Part shown: piece by piece, positions 24,404 to 36,320 of the stretch
Layout of the letters: each line of letters opens with the position of its first letter
Numbering within the stretch: the first letter of the stretch is position 1
Assembly: GCF_964204645.1 (NCBI RefSeq)
Contig: NC_134028.1
Coordinates: 12,137,263 to 12,201,262, forward strand
From: Tubulanus polymorphus
Lineage: Eukaryota > Animalia > Nemertea
Direction of reading: 5' to 3'
DNA: 64,000 bases
The notes under the pieces: generated by a model
Database searches by the model: none
The model's input: the letters and a program-made list of their open reading frames with translations, nothing else
Told to the model about the DNA's origin: nothing
Made by a program: the position numbers and the translations under genes

Positions 24404-25059
24404 TGTATTGTACCTGAATTAAAACAATGACTTCTTCTATTGAGCACGTAGGCTATGCTATGCTGTGTTGAATTGAAGCGCGCGACCGCCGATTCTAAAT
24501 ATAGAATTTCCACACAGCGCTTTTGCATGTATATATATTATTGATCTGCACAGTAGTTCTAGACAACAGCCGTGTTTTGCAATGAAGTTGTAAAATAAGA
24601 TTTCAGAGATCGTAGCACCGGTTTTATGAGACGCTTTTGCATTCTGTTCTTTAAGTATGCTACGATCTAACTATCAACTTTTCCCCAGGACCCTAACCCC
24701 CCTATCATTTTCTCAATGGATCTACATCAATCTCAAGAATGATAAAAATGGACCTCCAACCGCGAAAATCCGCGGAAGGTTTTCATCCCTGCATAACATA
24801 GGTAAACCAAAAAGATGACCATGGACTCTAACACCACTAATGTAAAACGAGATGTGAGATCAAAGGGTCCAGCTGTCGATGCAAAAGGGATCGTAGCTAC
24901 TTCAGATCGGACACCGAGTGTTTACGTTTATAGTCGAACAACCTTTGAGCAAGAAATACGTCATATTGGATTAGAATGAGGCAAAGCCTCGAATGCCCCC
25001 GGCCTGAAATTCACCGCCACATGAAGTGACAGGGTTTGTGGTAAATGCGTTAGAAATAT

Positions 25060-26032
25060 CATGGCTACAATTATTTCATTAAGAGTGATATTACAGAACA
25101 TGTGTACAAAGTGTAAATAATTTATTAACAGTTGCAGCCTCTAGGCTGTTTTCCCCTGATGGCCATAATTTGAATCGGTCAACAATTGTGGCCTCTAGGC
25201 TGTTGACGTCGGCCCCCTGGTGGCAATAATTTAAATTGAATTGAACCCAATTTTAAATGGGCTTCTGGCCCTAGTGATATCCTACTTGTGTACCAAGTTT
25301 GTCGGTCACCAATTGTAAGGGGTTTCATTAGGGTATATTCAGGCCTCCTCAGAAAATTGTTACCTATGTATTTGACACTGATACATTGTATACCATGGTG
25401 TTGATAACCTTTGGGCTAAAAAATAAGACAAATAATTTGAATATATGTGAACGTGAGGATGGACAGTTTCTCGTTCTTCATTATGGTTATTGGTGTCCGT
25501 TGCCATGACAACCGGATCAAAAGGGTCTAAAAATAGTGACTGATTTCATTTTCATCATAAAAATCATTGCCGGCACTAAATCTATTTTCTGACTAAGTCT
25601 CAACATCTGAACTGCACTGTCATATTCGTTGTCACTCGCAATTTGTTCACGACCAAATTCCAAGTCACCAGCATCACTGTCAGCATCATATACGAGCTGC
25701 TGAACCGTTTCATCCAGCCAAATTGTTTTTTCAGGCTGCTGCCATCTTGGATTTTATGCAGATGGCTGCAACGGCTGATACTGATAGATATGCCCTTCTA
25801 GAAGAAGGTTAAGCGATACCGTATCACATAAGGTACGGGTATGCTAGGTTGCCAATTTGTATTGTATGCCATAGGGTAGTGGTATTGTAAGGGTTAAGCG
25901 AAAGTCCATAACAATCGGTCAACAATTGCGGCCTCTAGGCTGTTAACGTCACATGCAGTGGCGGCGGCGTACTCAGACAGTGGTAAATCTATATGCCCCC
26001 TCTCAACTAAAGTTGAGCCAGGGGCATAGAAA
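25060..26032 (+). repeat. Helentron/HINE-like remnant with terminal hairpin
   Basis: Ends tatgccccc-tctcaactaaagttgag-ccaggggcatag. An internal unit (aatcggtcaacaattg.ggcctctaggctgtt) recurs at ~25125, 25173 and 25913. Confidence 0.5.
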
Positions 26033-27229
26033 TGTACACAGATTATACAACTAATAAACCAATGGAATAATCAATTTATGTAATTTTGTTATCTAAATTT
26101 CTATAAAGATAATACTCTACGAATTCCACAATGATATTCCCGAGTTTTGATGAACTTTGAATGATCGCTTACATATTGAACAGCTTGTTCGTTGAGAGTT
26201 AAATTGATCTAATTTGCCAATTTTGTAAACCAAATTACTCACAAATGAAGCAATTGGTTATGTTTTAGTGATCTTATAATTACAAATGGAGCTAATTAAC
26301 TTATTGATTCAGTTAACCTCCGGAACCGAGCATTATCACAAACTATTCCATCTATATCTAACATATATAAGACCCATCTATTTTCATGGGCAGCTGTTCA
26401 ATAATATCCTATCCCACTAGCCAGGTGTCAATTGATCACTTATTTGCAGTGGATACTAGCACTTTAAATACGCGTGATTATTATTATTATTATTATTATT
26501 ATCATTATTTTATTAATACTATTATCATTAACTAAATCTTTTTGACCACTAATATTTTCAATTATTTTAAATTGAACTCATTTTGATATTTGACCATAGC
26601 TTTAGCCACTGATAATTCAGGGAGTGTAGAATACTATAGACCACATCTACAGACACATGAGCTACGCACTCATCAGAATTGCAATTAGCCACACTGACAG
26701 GTAAAGTCACACGAATGCCAAAGTGCAGAAAGCAGTAGCTCGGATGCTATAGCAGAGATCAACGGCAGCATTTTTCGTTGCAAGTGCCTTCGTTTTAGAG
26801 TCCATGAAATGACTAACAACAAAATTGATTTCTGCATGAATGCATGCTATAGCGCACAACATTGAAATATGTATATCAACCTACACTTATATGAAAATGC
26901 TTACGTTTTAAGAAACTTACGCGGTGGATCAATGGATGACAACCGTGTAAGGGCAGCCAACGATGGCATCATGGGAAAAATGCAGTTCGCATGCTCAATG
27001 TATCTAACGACGCAACTTTGATAGACAGCATGTTGATACCATCAATCATATCATCGATCTTTCTTCTATTGTTTTCGACATCTAGTCTCATATACATAGT
27101 ATGTTATTCAATTGCGAACTGTACAGGTATATCAATTTTCATAGAAATCTCTTAATCCCATTGAAAGATGTACATGAAAATGTTGTTTCTGATATTTTGT
27201 ATGTAGCGCTAATGGATACCTAACCAGTC

Positions 27230-27790
27230 GAAAGATAACTTTTTCTCACCAATGTTTTAACTAAAAACAAACCGCATAGTGAGCACATCGAGTCTGGGAA
27301 CCATAAGATATATCCTGTAAAGATTGTAACATGATGTATATCGGTGAAACGGGTCACAATCTTAGTCAACGTATAGATGAACATAGAGTAGATACCCGTA
27401 ATGAAAAGCCTGAGAGTGGGATGGCAAATCATGTTTTTACAACCAACGACCAATTTGACTTTCAGAATTCTAAACTCATATAAATTGTAAAGACATCCCT
27501 AAAAACATATTGGAATCAGCCCTTGTAAACTTTCAAAATCCAACATATCTACCAATCTAAATACTGGTTTTTCTAGACAATTAATTATTATCTAGACATA
27601 TCAACTCTCTATTAGATTGTGGTTAATATCACTATGTGTCATACTGCTATCTCCAGCTATGTAACTTCTGTTTTCTGGTCATTCCACCCTATGATGGCTG
27701 TTAGTGAACAGCCAAAACATTGTGGTTTCATTTAAATAAATCATATCATATGAAATAGATTGTGGGACTTCTTCGATTATCTACAGTATA
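27230..27790 (+). mobile_element. Degraded Penelope-like element 3' fragment (GIY-YIG)
   Basis: Frame ISCKDCNMMYIGETGHNLSQRIDEHR at ~27310, later ...LESALV, and a degenerate hammerhead-like motif at 27684-27725. Confidence 0.7.
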
Positions 27791-28559
27791 CACAGATTAG
27801 AGTGTTTCATTCGATTACTAAGATAACTTTTAAGATAACATTTTGTTCGAGAGAAATGCTTTCCTTTCTGGGAAATGTACTAATTACTAGGCACTACGAA
27901 TTGCGCCAATATTGCTGAATTTAGTTTGAAGCTCAATCCATATGGGGGTCCCAATCTAAAACCTCATGTTTTTTTCAGAAACCCACTGCACAGTTTGTTG
28001 TGCATTACATTCAAATTAATCATTTGGGAAGCATTGCGAGGATAATGATGGGGACTGTTTTTCATTGCCCTTAGGTCGCCTCAAAACTATTCACCAGGAA
28101 TTTTATTTTGTTTTTTATCAAATATCATCAGAAATTTGAGGACCTAAATACAACACGCGTGACCATAGCTAGTATCACGGAAACAGGCAGATGTCGTGTT
28201 ACGAGCATTTTTCTATCAGATGATCAGTTCTATATGATTGAGCGTTATGGCATTACATCTATAGAATTAGAGATACAACGGGTGTTATGTGGTGAATGGC
28301 AGGATATTTCCTACGGTAGATAAAATGCCTTTATGGTCTCCGACCGTAGAAAGGGCAATGCTTCAAGCATCTGAACCAATAGGGTATTCGTTCGTTCTGG
28401 CAATGGTGGTTTTTCTCAATCTGATTAAGAGTTATATGATGTATATCATGCAGTTGCAAAACTGTATTACAAGGTGATGCCATCAGCAAATATATGTAGC
28501 TTGTCCAGCGGATTGGTTTGGGATCAATCGGTTGATTTTTAAAGATTTATCATACTCAC

Positions 28560-28781
28560 TTTAAATTTGCCATTAATGAGCGAACCAATATCACCATTTG
28601 AATCAATTGCACCATACACAATTATGTCCTCCGGCTTAATCTGTAATCTTCTGTTGTCCATGTCAATAAATTGAATTTCTGTCAGGCCAAGACGCTTTGG
28701 ATGGCCCCAATTTGAAATTACTTTCATGTTTACTTCAATAACTGAGTGATCTTCGCATTGACTTATTTTAAGCGGCATCAG
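28560..28781 (-). CDS. KATNIP: KATNIP/KIAA0556-like exon (DUF4457 repeat, N-terminal part)
   Basis: tttcattccag / GTGAGT, 222 nt, phase 0-0. Encodes MKVISNWGHPKRLGLTEIQFID...GSLINGKFK (SNWG...GLTE motif) and splices in frame to 20089-20235. Confidence 0.88.
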
Positions 28782-28890
28782 CTGGAATGAAAATGTTTGT
28801 GAACTAATGAAATTCCTTCATCAAGCCATAAAAAACCTTGAATACAATGTATTCTTTATAACGTAGACAACTACGAAAATCCTGGGTAAC

Positions 28891-29530
28891 AAGTAAAATC
28901 CCACAATAAAAGAATTAGATGATAAAATGTTTATTAAAACATAATTTCTGATGATATTTTGCTCCAATAACAATCTGAACCCTAATGTCCATTGTGGAGT
29001 TTATAAAATCAACTGTTCTGATTGTAACCTTTTTTACATTGGGGAAACCGGTAGGAATATTAAGGATCGTATTAAAGAACATAAACAAGATGTATTTAAT
29101 GGGGTTAAATTAGAAAGTGGGGTAGTCTCCCATTCTTTGGTTACCGGACACAATTTTGATTTTTCTGGAGCCAATATTATCTTTCCCAACAGTAGTCGCA
29201 CTAAACGACATATAGTTGAATCTGCTTTGATTACTACTCATTCCGATCGTTCTGTCAACCTCAATAAAGGTTTCAGCCCCCATAATAAACTTCTTTTAAG
29301 TTATGTCAGTGCTCTAGTCCCCACAACGTAATGTGCAGCGATTCGTGTCCTATTTCATATTTCATGTATTAATACAGTATTTGGCAAGTCATTTTAGACT
29401 GAAGAAGGGTGGTAGTAACCACCAGAAATATTTCTTATATGTTTTAATAAACATTTTATCATCTAATTCTTTTATTGTGGGATTTTACTTGTATCGTTTT
29501 ATCACGGATATTGTGATCTACCATTGATTC
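28891..29530 (+). mobile_element. 5'-truncated Penelope-like retroelement (GIY-YIG endonuclease end plus pLTR) with an inverted 5' piece
   Basis: ORF GVYKINCSDCNLFYIGETGRNIKDRIKEH...ESALI. 28891-28945 is the inverse of 29438-29491. A 12-bp TSD ATCCTGGGTAAC lies at 28879-28890 and 29531-29542. Confidence 0.92.
29394..29437 (+). ncRNA. Minimal hammerhead-ribozyme-like motif in the Penelope pLTR
   Basis: CUGAAGA - stem II GGUGGU/AGUA/ACCACC - GAAA - palindromic GAAAUAUUUC, with a short stem I (AGA/UCU). Confidence 0.6.
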
Positions 29531-30217
29531 ATCCTGGGTAACCCCTATTCCATGTGAGGAGATGACTCCTATGACAGTGATAGATAACATTTATCAAATA
29601 TAGCTGCAAAGCAGTGATAACGGGTTTTCTGCACAGTCTTAGAATCCTGTTCAACAGTTAACACAGTTTTATTAGAGGAAGGTTGACAAACAGTCAATCA
29701 GACCTACTTGAAACCATGGACAACTGTACCAGATGGTCCTATTTGCCTATGGAAAATCGACTGTTAGGCCATAATTACTCTTAATGGATTCGACAAAGCA
29801 TTTGATAAGGTACAACATCAGCCATTACTAAACAGGCTATTAGGAAACAGTATCAATGATAGGTCGCTCAAATGGCTCAGCAGTTATCTCTGAACGAAAA
29901 AAAAACGTGGGGCCGAAATCAACAGAATGCCTCATCTTGGAATAAGTCGGTCTAACTAGTGTAGTCACGCAAGGTAGTATCTTAAGTTGTCTTCTCTTTA
30001 ATGGCCTGATAAATGACATGCACAGTAATCCAAAATGTACCGGACCGAGTAAATATCCAAAACGACCATAACACGCTGTGTTCCGTACATTGCCAGAAAC
30101 ATAGAAGATGGGCTTCAACCTAAAAGGCATGGTATGGATATTGGATACAAAGAAAACCCAGGTTCAGATTATACCTTTGTGTTCGAATTAGAAGATTATT
30201 TTTTTCGAATAAAGATT

Positions 30218-31967
30218 ACCCTTGCAAAAAATTCACATATGTTATGTGTGTGAATAACACACATTACATGTGTGAAAGACACAAAAAACACATGTGATTC
30301 CAGCCATCACACGTGTGATCTGTGTTGTGGAGCCCATGACATGTGTGAATAACAAATGATCACACGTGTGATTGTGAAATACAAGGTGTCATTGAGAAAT
30401 ACATGTGTGATTCACACATGTGATTGGCTCAACAACACAGATCACATGTGTAACCGCTGGGATCACATATATCATAGAATAACACATGTGATTAACATCA
30501 GTTATTCCAATCTGCAACATGTGTGATTGTACTTGTGATCACTTCGGATATGAACCATTCCCATGTTGGTTCCAAATTCTGAACATCTGCATTTTTGTCA
30601 TAGAGTCCATTTTGGAATAAGAATATTTCCATTACTGTACTTTTTATTTCAACATTCATAGATTTTATGCCGCGCCTACTGAGCAAAAACCTAGTACGAA
30701 TGTCCATTCCTAGTTTGTGTTTTTATTCGGCTTAATTAATGTTATTATATATTTTTGCATTCGCTGTTGAGTTTAAAAAAATATATATATTCAAAAACGA
30801 ATTTGAAAAATTATCAGGTATTTACGGGATTCGAACCATTCACGACGGCTAGCAAAGGACTGGGAATGAGCATGCAGGCATGCACGGCGCCATTTCAAAT
30901 TATTTCGAGGATGTTTTTGCTGTTTTTGGTCAATTTTCATGGTTAATTTCTTAGTTCGAACAGTCTGGTGTTTGAATTCAAGCTCCAAGGCAAGTATTAT
31001 TGTGTTTCATCAAATATTTATAGTCGACGATGATGATTGAATTTACTGTAATCAGTAAAATCTGTGTCGTGTACTGGATCAATTAAATCAAATTCATCCA
31101 AACTTTATATGATGCATGGCAAAGTACAACACGTCCATGCCTAGCTTCTTCAAGTAGGCCTAGATTACACCATGAACTCTTTTTAAATCACAATCTGTCC
31201 AGTCATGAAAATGACGCTAGTTTGCATACTATACTAATCATTCCTTAACATTGAACTGAATGATCAGCCGGTATTGAACAGTATTTGCCAATTTTTTCTA
31301 CATATGAAGAATTAATCACTTACAAATGAAAATGGAATATTCCATTATTAATTTAGGGAGTGAGTACATTTCCTTGAGTAGTGATTTATGTATATGAAAA
31401 ATGAAACTTATACTTTCAGCTGGAACAAATTACTGGAAAAGAGGTCAAGAGTATTGTTATGGTAAGTGTGACCAGATGATTGATATTAGGGATATTGATT
31501 TATTGGTTTATTGTTTGGAATTGTGTGCAATATTAAAAAGTTTTATAAATTTGTCTCATTCCAGATCATGTTTTGAAGTAAAGATCGGTGGTTACCGCAG
31601 CCTAAATTAGAAAGAAGATTGGACAAAACCTGAAACAGTATAAATCGACGAAGTAAATCTGCAAATATTAGAAAATAAAATTCCCATTAACATGTACACA
31701 AGCAAGTTATTACATTTGGTTGGTAATTTTGAAACTACATTTCAGATGCAGATCAAATGCGTTATAAATCACACATGACTGTTATATGACATGTATGATT
31801 CATATTCAGGGCTGCATCACACGTGTGATTCAGATGTGTAAAAATGGTACAAAATCACATGTGTGATTTAGAAAATCACACGTGTGATGCAGCTTGAATG
31901 TGAATCACATGTGTGATTCACTTGTGTAAAAATGGGACAAAATCACATGTGTGATTCACATACAGGG
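30218..31967. mobile_element. Non-autonomous DNA transposon with subterminal CACATGTG/CACACGTG palindrome arrays
   Basis: Dense arrays at ~30230-30545 and ~31770-31985 with CCCT-like ends. Absent from paralogue B3. Boundaries approximate. Confidence 0.55.
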
Positions 31968-32329
31968 CTGTAACACACGTGTGAAAACTATTTTTTTCGA
32001 ACGAATGAAAGCAATTCTGTTCAATTGAAATACTTTATATTTTTGGTTCAAACAAAAAACTTTTAACAGTATACTTGTTCGAACAAAAAACTTGATGATC
32101 TGATAAGAAAAATTCGAAGAATGATTGTTCGAAAGAAAAACCGTTCATTAGGACAAAAAAAGTTTCTTCGAACGAACACAACTTCGCTCTAACGATTTTT
32201 TCAAATTGTTTCAATCGAACAGAATATTATTGGTTCGAAAGAAAAACTTTTTGTTCCAGTGAAAAGATTTTCGAGCGAAAGGTCTTTTGAACAAAAAAAA
32301 GATCTTTCTGGGGCTCCGCAGTAACTTAA

Positions 32330-32662
32330 AGCCAGACGTAGGTCGGCCTTGCGATGCGATCCTCGCGTTGCGTCGCAAGTGTGAGTGCAAGTCAGTTGCG
32401 ACACGATTGTCAGCAACTGTGTGCGACTAGTTTCTGCCAGTCGCACAAGTGCGTAGGTCAGTTGCGACGGTCGTGTCGCGTCACAGAAAGTAGAACATGT
32501 GCGACTCATTGTGACTGGCGTCGCTGAGAGATGCAACCCGCTCCTGGCAGTCACGAGGGAGCGTAGGTAGATGAGTCGTTGCGACGCAATCATCGCTGGC
32601 AGTCGCAGTGAATGGCGTCGCAGTGAGTCACAAGCCGTCGCAAGGCTGACCTATGCCCGGCT
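32330..32662. mobile_element. GC-rich Harbinger-like MITE embedded in family B (second copy at 61921-62247)
   Basis: TIR AGCCRGRCRTAGGTCRGCCTTGCGA, TAA TSD and internal TGCGAC/GTCGCA repeats. Confidence 0.75.
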
Positions 32663-34115
32663 TAAGTTATTAGGAATTAATGAAATACCAGTTTCATTTA
32701 TGATGAAAAAACTCAAATGAATAGTCCCGCTTATAAAGCTGTCTGCTCGGACGAAATTTCAAATCTTCACTTTTGCCTATAAAATTGATAATTGTGATTG
32801 ATCGTTGCAAGTCAGAACCAGTTAACATGCATTTTAATAAATCTGATTCCTCCTTTACAGCTTTAACCTAGTAGAGGCTAATAGCCTTTGTAGGCCTATA
32901 TATATGCGAAGGCCTAACATCCGGACAGATTGGTCGTAGGCCTATTTAATTACAACCCTCCTAAATATCGTATACACCTTATTTAACAGAGATATGTCTC
33001 TGGGGTATTGAATTCGTAAAATCAATTTCATTTTCGCATTATGAAGAAAGAAATCTCTTGTACATCGTAGCAATGTTGCCAGAATTTTATTTCAAATTTT
33101 GTTTCGAAGTTCAATCCAATGAGTCCATTAATAAACACAACAATTATACTGTGTTTGTTTTAGACAGTAAAGCACAGTGCCCGTAGGCCTAAAGCCTTAA
33201 GGTCGCATACAACTCGATAAACACTTCAAGCGACACAGCGAGCGATCTCCTTACTCCGAATGTCAAGTGTGAGTCATGCATACGGATAGGAGTGTGTTAA
33301 ATACTTGTATTTATTAAATACCCTGTCCATTTGACAAGGATCGGTACGTACTGTAGGAAATATGGAGTTTAGATAAATGGTTGAAGCCCGTGGCCGAATA
33401 ATATATAATATATTCTTTTAATTTGATACCTCGTCAACACAACAGCTTTTCTCCGCTACATCTCTTCGGCGTGTTTAGTTTAGGTCTACGACTCCCCGGT
33501 ACTCTAATGATTATATTAGTAAATACACAGTAAATTTTGTATTGTAAAGAAAAATTGGTATTGTTAACTTAACTGCTTGAAGCCCGCGGCCAAATCACTG
33601 GTAGTAATAAATTCATTTGTACTTGATTTGGTTCTCATGCCGAGGAGAAACTCGCAGTTGATCCCCGGAAGGACGATGTAGAGACACACGTCGATCTTTA
33701 CGGCTCGACAGTGCTTTTAAAATCTAAAGTAGTAAATTTCCTGTGTATCGGTTATATGATTTGATGAGGAAAATGGGCTATTGTTAAAATTAGTTTTTAA
33801 AGACCGCAGCTTAATGTGCAATCTTTGGGTAATAAATTTGTTAATTTATGCTTGAATTGACAATCGACGTGACAAGAAACCTGCGGTAGATTTCGGAAAG
33901 ACGACTTAGAAAAACATGTTGACTCTTTGAATGGGGCTCAATTTTCGATGTTTACCGCCTGACAGTGCTTTTGTAACGTTGATAGTTCAAAATACGCATG
34001 GAGTATTTGAAGATTGAAGTGAGCTGAATGATATCAGACGGATTGTATCGGCAACAGCGGTAATGTAAAAAAGCCTATGAACTTTTGACAAAAAAAGTGT
34101 GGAAAAAATAATAAT

Positions 34116-36320
34116 AAATATAGCTGCATAGCAGCGATAACGGGTTTCTACCTAACTGGTTCATATATTGCAATGGGAAGCGTAAAAAAGATTTCATCGA
34201 GATTATTCAAATCCGTCCGTAATATAGGACTATATCCAAGAAGCGCAACCTGGGTCAACAATATGCTGGTTTATGTGGATCCAAAAGGGCTACCATGTAA
34301 AAGGTACTGATGTACCAAGTCTAATCAAATTGGCTTTGAGAATACCGAAGATATGGTCCCCCGGTGCCGGCAGTTGTATCAACTTGAACGTCGCGTGTCG
34401 AGGCAGGTGGTGGCCAGAAAAAGAAATATTTCCGGGAAAATTTTTTTGAAGACGCAAGGCATTGACTGATCAGTTGTGTTGTTTTCTTTCTTAATTTACA
34501 TTTGATAATTGGCAGGTCATCTTGCTAGGAGTCCGTTTGTCAAAGCATCGAAGCAACACAGTCTAACTTGTTCATGTCTCAGATAATCCAAATTACACTT
34601 GCACAGCCCAACGTTTTTCAGTGTGTAAACTTTATCATACTCTGCATTGTAGGACATTGAGGAATTGAATTTTAGCCATCTGAGCCCTCGGCTTGATTCA
34701 AGCAAAAGACCTTAACTGACTTCACAGAATTTGATTATGAGTAGGATTTTCTAAATTTCTGAAGAATACTTTCTCTGGTTTTAAGATCAATTCAATTTCA
34801 ATCTTGAATACATAAAAATAAGTCAATTAAATTTTCATTTTATTGAAAGAAATTCTACTGAACACAGATTTTGAACTGAATGACGTGTTGATTTATCCAG
34901 GCGAAAAAATTACAGCAAAATCAACTGATGATCAACGAGGTGAAGTTTTCATTTATCTTTGGATATTAATCTACCCCCTGATGATACAAGCTTTTTGGCT
35001 ACACCTTTTGAAACATTAACACCTGATCTAATCGCACCAATTAGTCAGCCACAGTCAATTTTCATGCCATCTGACCTCTTTCCACCTGTAATTAAGCAAT
35101 GAAATGTAATAATTACTCGGTTATATAATATCATAGAGGAGTGAAAGAAAGTATAATAACTGATTACTTATCCAAATATTGTAAACATGGCAACTGAAAA
35201 AATGACAATTACATAAAACGTCAAGTACTTACAGCATCTTAGACAGTTGCGCTAAAATTACGACAATGACGAAAAAGCTGGATTTGGAACGTACACTTGC
35301 ACACTGTGGTTTAAATTTATTTCTACCAGCTGCAAGAGTCGGCAAAGGAATTGAAGACCGTAGTAACCAGTTAATTCCACGAATAATAGCTGGAAAGAAA
35401 GTAATTGAAATGAATAGTCGTACACATAAGTGTAAACAAGCCCCTTACTAACAACTTAGGCTTTCCACTGTCTCTATTCACTACATTTAGGGCCTATTCT
35501 AGGTGTATCCCCCCAAAAAAGCTAGGTAAAGTAGCTAGCCAACAATGATCATTGCTTCACCGAGTACTCATTTGCTACCATATGTACTAATATTATACAG
35601 AAATCATGTAAAACATTCCCTGGTTAACGGATTCTCACCTTAAATTACGTAAAATCTGCTGTCGTTGTCATCGATCTGAGTTGTCAAGTGAACGCGGAAG
35701 TAAAATTCTGTATGAAAATTCCTACCATTTCTGTCCATATTACGTTGAATCGAGCCAGAAATCTTCAGGAAATGTAGCCAACGGAAATTGATTTACGAAT
35801 AGAATTAACCAATTGACTCATTTTAAGGATCATGGTTTCGTGAAATTCATCATAAGGTCCTAAAACTCGCGATAAATTCAAGCCGAAAATGATTTCAACC
35901 ATCCGCCATGTTTCATTCATAAGACACTTATTACGCACCGGCTGTAGTTATCGTTCATGGGAAATGACGGAAACGGATTTACGGTTGACTTTGAAGCTCA
36001 AGGTCGTGCGGTAAATTTTAGGCTTTTCGGGGTGCACTTTTATCAATGGATGACGATTCTTTGCGTTATTCTTATCGCTGTTTAGACCCGGTAATTATGC
36101 GGGATTAATTCATAGAATACATTAATAGATTACTATACGCAAATTCGAAATGGTCAGGCACTATTTCTGACAGAATTTAAAATTACGTTATAAGCTGTTG
36201 GTAGTCAAATCTGAGAAGAGTTACATTTTATGAAAAAATTTTGGCTGGAAAGTGGACCATAAATAATAATAATCAACAGGAATACAAGAGGGTTTCTGCG
36301 AAAGCAGCAGAAACCCTAAT
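34116..36320 (+). repeat. Hairpin-ended repeat family A, complete copy A2
   Basis: AAATATAGCTGC...GATAACGGGTTTC start; ends with (AAT)n then the hairpin GGGTTTCTGC-gaaagca-GCAGAAACCC-TAAT. Confidence 0.75.

Noticed and set aside
32201-32593. 130-aa ORF (and 61867-62353 ORFs) as protein genes
   Set aside because: They fall within a GC-rich repetitive MITE lacking stops by composition and have no recognisable domain.
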